From a virus: a stretch of 64,000 nt of DNA. Location of the stretch: IMG/VR virus record IMGVR_UViG_3300034037_000036, positions 17,781 through 81,780 of that record, one strand, 5' to 3'. This document shows, piece by piece, positions 19,951 through 29,384 of the stretch. The translations under genes and the position numbers were made by a program. Position 1 is the stretch's first letter. Every line of letters starts with the position of its first letter. Under the pieces are notes generated by a model that saw only the letters and a program-made list of their open reading frames with translations, made no database searches and was not told the DNA's origin.

Positions 19951-20190
19951 TTACATTTCTTCTCCAGTCAAGAAATCATCCATTCTTTTGTCAATATTAA
20001 CCTCTTCTGCTGCTTCTTCTATGTTTTCTTCTTTTTCTACAGCTTCTTCATTTTTTTCAGCTAAACAATCTGGACAATCGCTTATTTTAAAATTTTCTAA
20101 TGGATTAGCTTGTTCTTCTGTTAATATTCTTTTAACAACATTTTCTACAATAAGTTCTAATGTAGCTAAATTAATTTTTTTTACTTTCAT
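19951..20190 (-). CDS. small acidic protein with an I/L-x-E leader and CxxC
   Basis: MKVKKINLATLELIVENVVKRILTEEQ...CPDC. Confidence 0.65.
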   Translation of the reverse strand: MKVKKINLATLELIVENVVKRILTEEQANPLENFKISDCPDCLAEKNEEAVEKEENIEEAAEEVNIDKRMDDFLTGEEM

Positions 20191-20218
20191 TTTTTTAGTT
20201 TTATTAAAATGTTATACT

Positions 20219-20893
20219 TTAAATTTTACCAGGTCCTAGATATACATATTTAAAATGTGGATTTTTCCATACTTTACCACCAGCTGCTATTTTAGCAATT
20301 CTATCTAAAATTAGTAATTTATGGTTAATATCATATTTATTTGCTGACGGTTTTCTTTTAGGTAAATACTTGTAAACAGTTTCTTTATCAATTTCTTTCC
20401 ACCCATCATCTTCTAAAACAGAATATGAAGATTTGGCATCTTTTGCATTTATTGGCATATATAATCCACTTTTTCCAGCCAATATCAAATCATAACCAGT
20501 AAATTTTTGAAATTCGCCTTTTCTTTTTTCAGGTACAAAACTTTCATCGCCACTTTTTCTTCTAACAGCTTCAGTATATGTTTCACCAAAATTAAATAAG
20601 AAAAGATTATTTTTAAACAATTTTCCATATAACGGATTTGGAACTTTTTCACCATTTTCATCAACAATAAATTTGTTTAATCTTACTGGTGAAGTATAAT
20701 ATACATAAGCAAATGTGTTTTTTGAAGGTTCGTCTTTAAACAAATCAAAAAAATCAATTATTTCTTTTGATACTTTTTCAGCTTCATTTTTGGGTTTATC
20801 TTCTGATACCCCTTCAGCATTACCATTTTCATCTTCTTGAATGATAATGGCATTTTTAAGTATCTCTTCCATAAATAATTTATAATCTTCCAT
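20219..20893 (-). CDS. hypothetical protein, candidate internal head protein
   Basis: Leader ...NAIIIQED; preceded by TATTTATA (20939-20946, minus strand). Confidence 0.7.
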   Translation of the reverse strand: MEDYKLFMEEILKNAIIIQEDENGNAEGVSEDKPKNEAEKVSKEIIDFFDLFKDEPSKNTFAYVYYTSPVRLNKFIVDENGEKVPNPLYGKLFKNNLFLFNFGETYTEAVRRKSGDESFVPEKRKGEFQKFTGYDLILAGKSGLYMPINAKDAKSSYSVLEDDGWKEIDKETVYKYLPKRKPSANKYDINHKLLILDRIAKIAAGGKVWKNPHFKYVYLGPGKI

Positions 20894-20938
20894 TTTTATA
20901 ATTTTTTATTTTAAAATATAATAATTGGTTATCTATAC

Positions 20939-20946
20939 TATAAATA
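20939..20946 (-). promoter_or_regulatory. candidate phage promoter TATTTATA
   Basis: Lies downstream of a terminator and upstream of 20893, between co-directional minus-strand genes. Confidence 0.45.
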
Positions 20947-20953
20947 TAAAATT

Positions 20954-20986
20954 AAAAAAAAACCGCCATAAAAGGCGGTTAAAAAA
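20954..20986 (-). terminator. rho-independent terminator
   Basis: AACCGCC-ataaaa-GGCGGTT flanked by A-runs (a U-tail on the minus strand), after the stop of 21005-21352. Confidence 0.8.
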
Positions 20987-21004
20987 TGGTATTAAATTTT
21001 AAAT

Positions 21005-21352
21005 CTATGTTGATTTTGAAGATTTTAATGAATCAATTTTTTCTTTAATCTCAGCAGCTTTCCTATAATCTTCCCTAGACACAGCTTCATTAAGTTCCTT
21101 TTCAAGCATTTGTATTTTGTTTTTTTCAATAAATTCATTTTTAAATGTTTTAAGTTCTTCAATAATATTATCAATTGTTTCTTCATTTAATTCACCATTA
21201 AATTTAATTACCAATTTTTTTTCTGTTTTGTTTTCTATGTTAAATGGTGAAATATTAAAAAAAGGATCATTAAAAAAATTTAAGAAAGGATTGAATGTTG
21301 AAAAATGCTCATTTAAAATTAAAATTTCTGGTTTTTTTCTTTCCATAGGCAA
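21005..21352 (-). CDS. UVR (UvrB/C motif) domain protein, candidate ClpC adaptor
   Basis: The C-terminal LEKELNEAVSREDYRKAAEIKEKIDSL is a canonical UVR helix pair. Confidence 0.75.
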   Translation of the reverse strand: MPMERKKPEILILNEHFSTFNPFLNFFNDPFFNISPFNIENKTEKKLVIKFNGELNEETIDNIIEELKTFKNEFIEKNKIQMLEKELNEAVSREDYRKAAEIKEKIDSLKSSKST

Positions 21353-21458
21353 ACATTTTTTTTTATGTTATTATTTTTAATAAAACATTAATCAATAATT
21401 GTGCAATAATATATAATAAGAAAAATTGTCAATAATTTAACAGTCAAATTTACAGATT

Positions 21459-23654
21459 ATGATAAAAGTATTAGTTGTTCCAAGTGATAAAGCGGGTGTT
21501 GGTTATCATCGTTCAATATCTGGTCATGTATATCTTAATAAAAAATATGGGGATTTATTTAAGGTGGACATAACATATGATTTTAATATAAACAATATTG
21601 ATTTTATAAAACAATATGATATAATACATTATCATAGAACATTAGGTTCTTATGAAGATATGGAAAACACGCTTAAAACCCTTGATGATTTGGGAATAGT
21701 AACAATAATGGATATTGATGATTACTGGGAGCCTAGTAAGGAACATCCTGCATATCATTCTATAAAAATGAATAATATTGATAAAAAGATATTAAATAAT
21801 ATAAAAATTGCAAGAAATGTAACAACCACAACTGATATTTTCAAAGAAGAAATTGAAAAATATAATAAAAATGTTTTTGTTATTCCAAATGCAGTAGATG
21901 ATGAAGAAAAGCAATTTATCAGCAATCCAGTTGAGAGTGATAAAATAAGAATTGGTTGGCTTGGTGGTTCTTGTTATGATGAAGACACTGAAGTATTGAC
22001 AAATTATGGTTGGATGAAATTCAAAGACCTTATGGGTCATGAAAAGGTGGCTACATTGGATAAAGAAAGTGGAAATATTGAATATCAAACACCAGTAAGA
22101 TTTATTAAGGAAGATTATAATGGTGTTCTTAATGTAGGAAGGAATAATTATATTGATTACAGGGTTACACCAAACCATAATATGTTTGTTTGTTTAAGAG
22201 GTGAAAAAGAATTTAAATTAATTGAATCTGAAAAAGTTCATAAGAAAAGTTTAAGGTTTAAAACTACTGGGAATTGGGAAGGTGATGAATATGAAAAATT
22301 TCCATTTTTAACTTTTGGTGATAGGAATGAAAAATTTGAAATGGATGATATGATGATATTATACGGTTTCTTTTTATGGTGTGGTGAATTTAAAAAAATA
22401 AATGATGATAAGTGTATTAAGTTTGAAGATAAAACAAATCATATTCATTTAAAAAGAATTATAAAAAAATATTTTGATTCTGATATACCAGTTATTTTTG
22501 AACCCAAAGTAGTTAGATTTTTTGAAGAGATAAATAATAAAAATAAAAGAATACCAAGAGATTTCTTAAATATTTTTTCTAAAAAACATTTGGAAAAAAT
22601 ATTATATGGTTATAAAATTGCTTGTGGTGATGTTATTAAAGATGTAGATAATTTATATACAAAGGAATCAAGGTTAGCTGATGATTTTCAAGAATTGTTA
22701 TTTAAATTAGGTGAACATACCATAAAATCCAAAAAGAAAGAGAAAATTGATGGTTTATTATATTATAAACTTATAAGTGTAAAAAATGATAAAGATTATG
22801 TAACTTTAAAACCATCCCAACAAAAAGAGGTTGAATATAACGGAAAAATATATTGTGTTGAAGTTCCAAACCACATTCTTTATGTGAGGAGAAATGGAAA
22901 ACCTTATTGGTGTGGTAATAGTCATTTAAAAGATTTGGAAATACTTAATGGTGTTGTATCAAAATTTAGAAAAGAAGGATTGTTAGATAAAGTTCAGTTT
23001 GTTTTATGCGGTTTCGATACAAGAGGATATATTACATTTCTTGATAAAAAAACTGGTAAACAACATAAGAGAAAAATAAAACCTGAAGAAAGTGTTTGGT
23101 ATAAATATGAAAAAATATTTACAGATAATTATTCAACAGTTTCAGATAGATATAAAAAGTTTTTAATGGAGTTTAAGAATGAAGAATATGATGATGTTGA
23201 TAATGAACCTTATAGAAGAGTTTGGACAAAACCAATAACAAGATATGCAGAAAATTATAATTTATTTGATATTTCATTAGCTCCGCTTGTGGAAAACAAA
23301 TTTAATAAAATGAAATCTCAATTAAAGGTTATTGAAGCTGGTGTACACAAAAAGGCTTTAGTTGCACAAAATTTTGGACCATATACTATTGATATTATCA
23401 ATGGTTTTGTAAAATCCAATAATAAAAAAATGCAATCATATTATTCAGATGAGGGAAATGGTATTTTAATTGATACTAGTAAAAATCATAAGGATTGGTT
23501 TAGACATCTTAAATATTTGGTGGAGAATAAAGATTATATAAATATACTTGGAGAAAATCTTTATAAGACAGTTAAAGGTAAATATACATTGGATTCTGTT
23601 ACAGATATTAGAAAAGATTATTATATTAAATTGTATGAAAAAAATAAAAAATGA
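21459..23654 (+). CDS. GT-B (GT4-like) glycosyltransferase interrupted by an intein
   Basis: GVGYHR, IVTIMDIDDYW, VIPNAVD, IRIGWLGGS|intein|SHLKDL, FDISLAPL...FNKMKSQLKVIEAG. Confidence 0.85.
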   Translation: MIKVLVVPSDKAGVGYHRSISGHVYLNKKYGDLFKVDITYDFNINNIDFIKQYDIIHYHRTLGSYEDMENTLKTLDDLGIVTIMDIDDYWEPSKEHPAYHSIKMNNIDKKILNNIKIARNVTTTTDIFKEEIEKYNKNVFVIPNAVDDEEKQFISNPVESDKIRIGWLGGSCYDEDTEVLTNYGWMKFKDLMGHEKVATLDKESGNIEYQTPVRFIKEDYNGVLNVGRNNYIDYRVTPNHNMFVCLRGEKEFKLIESEKVHKKSLRFKTTGNWEGDEYEKFPFLTFGDRNEKFEMDDMMILYGFFLWCGEFKKINDDKCIKFEDKTNHIHLKRIIKKYFDSDIPVIFEPKVVRFFEEINNKNKRIPRDFLNIFSKKHLEKILYGYKIACGDVIKDVDNLYTKESRLADDFQELLFKLGEHTIKSKKKEKIDGLLYYKLISVKNDKDYVTLKPSQQKEVEYNGKIYCVEVPNHILYVRRNGKPYWCGNSHLKDLEILNGVVSKFRKEGLLDKVQFVLCGFDTRGYITFLDKKTGKQHKRKIKPEESVWYKYEKIFTDNYSTVSDRYKKFLMEFKNEEYDDVDNEPYRRVWTKPITRYAENYNLFDISLAPLVENKFNKMKSQLKVIEAGVHKKALVAQNFGPYTIDIINGFVKSNNKKMQSYYSDEGNGILIDTSKNHKDWFRHLKYLVENKDYINILGENLYKTVKGKYTLDSVTDIRKDYYIKLYEKNKK
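21972..22919 (+). mobile_element. intein (316 aa) in the glycosyltransferase
   Basis: Starts CYDEDTEVLT, block B VTPNH, ends YCVEVPNHILYVRRNGKPYWCGN with +1 Ser. LAGLIDADG remnants LYGFFLWCG and ILYGYKIACGD. Confidence 0.9.
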
Positions 23655-23668
23655 ATTATTTTTTATGG

Positions 23669-23676
23669 TATTTTTG
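23669..23676 (+). promoter_or_regulatory. Bacteroidota-type -7 promoter element (TATTTTTG)
   Basis: TAnnTTTG 10 nt before ATG 23687. Confidence 0.4.
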
Positions 23677-23686
23677 AAAATAAAAA

Positions 23687-24241
23687 ATGTTGACAGAACA
23701 AGAGATTAAATTAGAATCTGAAAAGTATTTTAAGAATGGAATAAAATATGGGGCATTAACGGAAGATTTGATAAATGACTTTGGAATTAAATTAATGAAA
23801 AGCCCCCTTTTTTCTACAGCTGATCAACCCTGTTCATATGAGGGTGGTTTAATATTATTTTTAAATAAAACAGCTGAATATTCTTATAGATGTGGTAAAA
23901 TGTTGGATATTGGTGATGATAATTTAAATTCATTAGCTAAAGTATCATTATTGCATTATATTGGGAGATGTTTTTTCTTTAAAAAAGTTAATAATGAATG
24001 GAAATTAAATAAAGGGATATTATATGAATATAATGATAATTTAATGGCATTAACAACTATCAATTATACAATAAATTTATGCTTAAAATATGGGATAAAA
24101 TTGAATGATTATGAATATGAAGCAATTGTTAATGTAGATAAAGAATCTTATCAGGACAAATTTTATGGTGGTATCATATCAAGACTTCTTAAAATTGGAA
24201 GAGAAATGGCTATAACCAAACTTAAAATGGATGGTAAATGA
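23687..24241 (+). CDS. HD-domain-like protein with a degenerate HD motif
   Basis: YEGGL...LAKVSLLHYIGR...KYGIKLNDYEYEAI follows the phage HD-hydrolase pattern, with HY in place of HD. Confidence 0.55.
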   Translation: MLTEQEIKLESEKYFKNGIKYGALTEDLINDFGIKLMKSPLFSTADQPCSYEGGLILFLNKTAEYSYRCGKMLDIGDDNLNSLAKVSLLHYIGRCFFFKKVNNEWKLNKGILYEYNDNLMALTTINYTINLCLKYGIKLNDYEYEAIVNVDKESYQDKFYGGIISRLLKIGREMAITKLKMDGK

Positions 24242-25095
24242 AAAAAATTAAATCACTAATAACGGCTTTTTTTATGGGTATTAAAAAGATAGAAGATAAA
24301 ATAACTTCAAACAATGATTCTGATGTATTATATAGAGAAGATATAAATGCGAACAGACTATCAGATGCTTTGCTCAGAGGTGAATTAACTGAAGAGGTTA
24401 AAAAATTAAGATGGAGAATATATAAAATATTATCTTATTATGATGAAAAAGATTTTGTAATAAAGGGTTATGATGAAAATGACATCCCTATAATTGAAGC
24501 TAAAAAGAAAACTGTTAATATTAAGAAATTAAACATATACAAAGATGATAACGATATAGAAATGATAATTAAAAATGTAAATTATTATTCAGGGGTTTCA
24601 GATGCTTCAGGGAATGAAAAATTAGATTTAATTGGGATGGAAAATGAAACAAAGTCAAATACTAAAATAGAAATTGAATATAATTCATTACCCAAGTTCA
24701 ATTTAGAAGAATATATAGAAAAAATGGTGGTTAAGAAAAAGGGTGAATCTTATATAAATGAATTATATGTTAATAAGTATGAAAAATGTGAATATAGGAG
24801 GCGTGATAAATTATTTTTATCTGAAATTAAGAAAATTAAAGATAATAATTTTAAAAGTAGTATAACTGATATTAAAAAAATAAAATTTATTTCAGATTTT
24901 TCAGATTTAAAAGTTAAATTATTACATGAATTTGAATTTGATATTATAAAGTTAATTGATGTAATAGAATATGATTATTGGTATATAATTAGACTTGAAT
25001 CAAAAGAAGGGGAAATATTTAATAGAGCTATATATGAAGATTACATAAATAAAGAATTAGAGGAAAAATATAAATTAAAGGCTAGAAAAAAATAA
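24238..25095 (+). CDS. hypothetical protein
   Basis: 285-aa ORF overlapping the previous stop. Confidence 0.75.
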   Translation: MKKIKSLITAFFMGIKKIEDKITSNNDSDVLYREDINANRLSDALLRGELTEEVKKLRWRIYKILSYYDEKDFVIKGYDENDIPIIEAKKKTVNIKKLNIYKDDNDIEMIIKNVNYYSGVSDASGNEKLDLIGMENETKSNTKIEIEYNSLPKFNLEEYIEKMVVKKKGESYINELYVNKYEKCEYRRRDKLFLSEIKKIKDNNFKSSITDIKKIKFISDFSDLKVKLLHEFEFDIIKLIDVIEYDYWYIIRLESKEGEIFNRAIYEDYINKELEEKYKLKARKK

Positions 25096-25097
25096 TA

Positions 25098-25496
25098 TTA
25101 TTTTTCATCTTCTTTATTTTTCTTTTTTACTATTTTAAAACCCAATACAACTAACCATTTGTTTAACAACAAAACCAAGTCATCTAAAAAGACTTGTACC
25201 ACAATGAATGAATATATTATATATATCAATTGTTGATAATATCTTATTGGATCAGCAAACAAAATCGGGATATATCTTATTATTTCCAATATTGCTAATA
25301 CAGTTCCTATTAACCAAACACCTTTTGTTCTCCCTTTTTTCCTAACAGGTGAAAAGAACCAATTAATCCAATTAAAATTTTCTGAAAAATATAATCCATA
25401 CGAAACCAATATCACAATTAACATATATTCATAATCTAAATTTTTGATAAATTCAGTTATTGTTTGTGATATTAGTTCAGTTCCTAATTCTTTCAT
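25098..25496 (-). CDS. membrane protein
   Basis: Three hydrophobic segments. Confidence 0.7.
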   Translation of the reverse strand: MKELGTELISQTITEFIKNLDYEYMLIVILVSYGLYFSENFNWINWFFSPVRKKGRTKGVWLIGTVLAILEIIRYIPILFADPIRYYQQLIYIIYSFIVVQVFLDDLVLLLNKWLVVLGFKIVKKKNKEDEK

Positions 25497-25619
25497 TATG
25501 AATTTTAATGTTTGATATTAATAGCTTCTAATATTAAATATTTAACAAAATTCAATTACATATTTGTTATTATATTTATTTTTAATTTAAGTTTTAAGAA
25601 TAAATAAAAAGATTTATTT

Positions 25620-26225
25620 ATGGTAAGATTAGGAATATCATTAAATGACGTAATGAGAGATTTTATTGGTCAATTGGAATATGTATATATGAAATATTAT
25701 GACAATGATTTTGAAATTGATTATGATACTATAGTTGATTTTGATAACTTACATAAATATTTTAATTTTAAAACAAAAAAAGAATTTTATAAATTTATTT
25801 ATGAGGATGCACCATTGGAAGTTTTTGGTCATGCATCTCAAAAACACGATAATTTATTTAATGATTTTAATAATTTTATATTGGATATTGAAGATTTTGA
25901 AGAACCATTGGACGTAATTGTTGTTAGTAGAGAATTTTCCACATCAATACCATCAACATATTTTTTTCTATCAAAAGTTTTATGTAAATCAAATAAAGTA
26001 ATTTTCTATAAAGAATATGAAGATGTTTGGAAACATGTTGATATATTGATTACAGCAAATCCAATAGAGATTAGTAATAAACCAATAGATAAGGTAGTAA
26101 TTAAATCATTAATGCCATATAATAAAAATATTATTGCGGATTATACATTAGAAGATGTTAGAGAATTTTTTAATGATTATAAATTTAGAAATAAAATAAT
26201 AGAAGAAAAAAAATTATTATCATGA
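25620..26225 (+). CDS. HAD-fold 5'(3')-deoxyribonucleotidase (NT5C)-like protein, motif I degenerate
   Basis: RLGISLNDVMRDF at the position of IxIDxDGVLxDF; later IVVSRE and VDILITANP. Confidence 0.6.
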   Translation: MVRLGISLNDVMRDFIGQLEYVYMKYYDNDFEIDYDTIVDFDNLHKYFNFKTKKEFYKFIYEDAPLEVFGHASQKHDNLFNDFNNFILDIEDFEEPLDVIVVSREFSTSIPSTYFFLSKVLCKSNKVIFYKEYEDVWKHVDILITANPIEISNKPIDKVVIKSLMPYNKNIIADYTLEDVREFFNDYKFRNKIIEEKKLLS

Positions 26226-26566
26226 TCAAATCAGGAAATTATTCATTTTATTTTGATTTAGAAAGAATGAATGAAGTAATTCATAACAGAGAAGATTTAA
26301 AAGCTGGATGTATTGAAGATGTTACTGAATATATTAAATATGATTCAGAAGGAAAGGTATTAAATAAAACAATAATTAAAAAGAAAAAACATAAAGAAGA
26401 ATTATATGATGGTCCATTATATGAAATGATTTCAAATATGATATTTGCTTTAATGGGAATGGACTATGATGATGATACTATAAATATAGATTTTGAAAAT
26501 ATGAGTTTTAATAATAAACTAATTTTTAACACATTGTTAAATTTAGGAATAATAAAATATAAATAA
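26222..26566 (+). CDS. hypothetical protein
   Basis: 114-aa ORF overlapping the previous stop. Confidence 0.7.
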   Translation: MIKSGNYSFYFDLERMNEVIHNREDLKAGCIEDVTEYIKYDSEGKVLNKTIIKKKKHKEELYDGPLYEMISNMIFALMGMDYDDDTINIDFENMSFNNKLIFNTLLNLGIIKYK

Positions 26567-26594
26567 ACATAACTTAAAATAAAACTTTTAAAAT

Positions 26595-27722
26595 ATGAGC
26601 GAATTAGAAAAAAAGATTTCTGATGTAGAAAATTCAATTGAAAAATTGAAAAATAATGAATTTAATTTTCATTTTATTACTATAGACAGTAAAGGAGTAC
26701 CAAATGATTATGTGGAAAACATTTATGACCATGTTAAAACATTAACAGAAATGGGTCATAATGCAAATATATTATATGAAAAAGAAGATTATGTTGATGC
26801 TTCTGAATGGCTTGGAGAGGAATATAAAGATTTGAAAAAATTAGTTATAGAAGGAAGTGATTTAAAAGTATCAATGCATGATTTTATTGTAGTACCAGAA
26901 GCATTTCCAAATATTATGAAACAATTAAAAAATCTACCAAGCAAAAAGATTGTATTATGTCAAAATTATGATTATATTCTTGACACATTGCCTTTTACTT
27001 CAAGATGGGTTGATTATGGATTTGTTGAAGCAATTGTAACATCTAATTGGCTTGGTGAAATCACCTCAACATTATTTCCAAACGAATCCTTAAATATCAT
27101 ACCATTTGGCATTGACACTAAATTATTTAATAAACCGAATAAAAAGAAAGATTGTAAGATTGCAATATATACAAATGATAGTGGATTAAGTGCTAGGATA
27201 ATCAAAGCATTTTATTTAAAATATCCAATGTATAAATGGTTAACTTTTGTTGATTGTAAATCATTAACACCTCAAAAATTATCTGAAGAGTTGAAATCTT
27301 GTTGTTTATCTGTTTGGATTGATCCAAATACAACCAACTCAACATTTCCGTTAAAATCAATAGAGTGTGATACTCCAGTTATTGGAAAAATACCTGAAAT
27401 TATTCCAGATTGGATGAAAAATGTAAACGAAGAAAATGGTTCATTTACCATTGAAGATAATGGTTTGTGGATTAATAGTACAATAGCCATTCCTGATATT
27501 ATTGCACAATATATGAAAAATTGGTTTGAGGATAATAAATATGAAGTTCTCAATGAAAAAATGGAAGAATTGAGAGGAAAATATACAAAGGATAAACAAA
27601 AAGAAGCTATTCAAACTGTATATAAATCATTAATTGAAAAAAGATTATCAGAATTAAATAATGTTTTAAATAATTTAAAAGAATTACAATCTAAAAATTT
27701 AGTGTCAGATGAAGAAAAATAA
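26595..27722 (+). CDS. GT-B (GT4-like) glycosyltransferase
   Basis: HVKTLTEMGHNA, DFIVVPE, IVLCQN, IIPFGIDTKLF, PLKSIECDTPVIG (PLEAMACG-like). Confidence 0.75.
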   Translation: MSELEKKISDVENSIEKLKNNEFNFHFITIDSKGVPNDYVENIYDHVKTLTEMGHNANILYEKEDYVDASEWLGEEYKDLKKLVIEGSDLKVSMHDFIVVPEAFPNIMKQLKNLPSKKIVLCQNYDYILDTLPFTSRWVDYGFVEAIVTSNWLGEITSTLFPNESLNIIPFGIDTKLFNKPNKKKDCKIAIYTNDSGLSARIIKAFYLKYPMYKWLTFVDCKSLTPQKLSEELKSCCLSVWIDPNTTNSTFPLKSIECDTPVIGKIPEIIPDWMKNVNEENGSFTIEDNGLWINSTIAIPDIIAQYMKNWFEDNKYEVLNEKMEELRGKYTKDKQKEAIQTVYKSLIEKRLSELNNVLNNLKELQSKNLVSDEEK

Positions 27723-28527
27723 AACAGATATTACAGTATTGATTCCAATTCATGAATTGGATGAGAGTACACAATCACTATTTGAAAAAGCAATTAAAAG
27801 TGTTGAAAATCAAGAAATGTTGCCGCAAAAGGTAATGATTATTGTCCCCAAAGGAAGTTATGTGATAGATTTACTTAAAAAAATGGATTATGGGGATATT
27901 AAAGATATTGTAGAAATTGTTGAAAATGATAGTGGTGATACTTCATTTCAGGCACAAATAAATTATGGTGCTAATAAAGTTGAAACAAAGTATTTCACAA
28001 TATTGGAATTTGATGATGAAATGGGTTCTATTTGGTTGAGAAATGCCCATGAATATATTGAAGAAAAAGGAAATGAAGTTGATGTATTCCTACCAATAGT
28101 AATTGATACGGATAAAAATAATGTATTTGCTGGATTTACAAATGAAGCTGTTTGGGTATATGGTTTTAGTGAAAGAATGGGATATTTAGATAGTGAAGCA
28201 TTGGATAATTATAATAGTTTTTCTATTGATGGGATGGTAATTAAAACAGAGGTTTTTAATGAAGTTGGTGGATTGAAAACAAAAATAAAAATATATTTTA
28301 TATATGAATTTTTATTGAGGCTGGCTTATCTAGGTCATAATATTTTTGTAATACCAAAATTTGGTTATAAACATACAAACGAAAGGGAAAACTCATTATT
28401 TTACAATTATAAAAAGGAAATTAGACCAGATGAGGCAAAGTGGTGGCAATCGGTTGCAAAAAGAGAATATATGTTTAAAGAAGATAGAGACATTCCTATT
28501 TTGGAGAAAGTTGATGATTCTGAATAG
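27709..28527 (+). CDS. GT-A (GT2-like) glycosyltransferase
   Basis: DITVLIPIH...AIKSVENQ...QINYGANKVETKYFTILEFDD...FNEVGGL...YEFLLRL. Confidence 0.85.
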   Translation: MKKNKTDITVLIPIHELDESTQSLFEKAIKSVENQEMLPQKVMIIVPKGSYVIDLLKKMDYGDIKDIVEIVENDSGDTSFQAQINYGANKVETKYFTILEFDDEMGSIWLRNAHEYIEEKGNEVDVFLPIVIDTDKNNVFAGFTNEAVWVYGFSERMGYLDSEALDNYNSFSIDGMVIKTEVFNEVGGLKTKIKIYFIYEFLLRLAYLGHNIFVIPKFGYKHTNERENSLFYNYKKEIRPDEAKWWQSVAKREYMFKEDRDIPILEKVDDSE

Positions 28528-28558
28528 TTAAGTTATTATAAATAAATAATATTAAGTT

Positions 28559-28598
28559 ATTTGGTGGGATTCATTAACCCAATAAAATCCCACCAAAT
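28559..28598. terminator. 13-bp stem-loop (terminator-like)
   Basis: ATTTGGTGGGATT (28559-28571) pairs with AATCCCACCAAAT (28586-28598), 14-nt loop, intergenic. Confidence 0.55.
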
Positions 28599-28664
28599 TA
28601 ATTTTAATATAGAAAATTATATCCAATATGTTATGTTTAATAAAATGAACAATATTTTTTATGA

Positions 28665-29384
28665 ATGGGAAAGAAAACAAATAAAAACTATTTTGGCAAA
28701 GAAGAAGAGGAAGCTGTAGTTAGATTTATTTCTACAGACGATCCGATAGAAAGGGATAAAATTTACAGGGAATATCTTGAAAAACCATTAAATAGAATGG
28801 TTGATTCTATTATCAAAAGATATAAATTGATAAGAAAACATATTGATTATAGTGAATTGCATGCAGACACATTATCTTATTTATTAACAAAAACAGACAA
28901 ATTCAAACCCAGCAAAAATAAAAAGGCATATTCTTATTATGGAACAATATGCAAAAATTATCTTATTGCATCATTATTAAATGATAATAAAAGATTAAAA
29001 ACATTTCTTGAATTTGATCCCCATAAAACACAGATTGATAAACGTGATGATTTGGTTTATTATATAGATAATGAAGATTTTGACACATCAAAATTATTTA
29101 GCAATATAATTGAAGAAATTAGTAATATATTAGAGAACGGAGCTTATGAAAATAAAAAATTAAATGATAATGAAATAAAAGTTGGAAAATCTCTTATTGA
29201 AATTTTTACAAATTGGGAATTGATTTTTGGTAACTTTGGCAAAAGTCCAAAATATAATAAAAATTTTGTTTTAAATGTGATTAGAGAATATACAAATTTA
29301 AGCACAAAAGAGATTAGAGATTCAATGAAGAAATATAAGATAGTATATAATATTATAAAAAACAATCAATTAAATTCTGATTAA
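28665..29384 (+). CDS. phage sigma factor (gp55-like / sigma-70 region 2)
   Basis: YFGKEEEEAVVRF...PLNRMVDSIIKRYK...DTLSYLLTKTDKFKPSKNKKAYSYYGTICKNYLI parallels the F(D/K)P..K.(F/Y).Y..I pattern of sigma region 2.3. Confidence 0.65.
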   Translation: MGKKTNKNYFGKEEEEAVVRFISTDDPIERDKIYREYLEKPLNRMVDSIIKRYKLIRKHIDYSELHADTLSYLLTKTDKFKPSKNKKAYSYYGTICKNYLIASLLNDNKRLKTFLEFDPHKTQIDKRDDLVYYIDNEDFDTSKLFSNIIEEISNILENGAYENKKLNDNEIKVGKSLIEIFTNWELIFGNFGKSPKYNKNFVLNVIREYTNLSTKEIRDSMKKYKIVYNIIKNNQLNSD

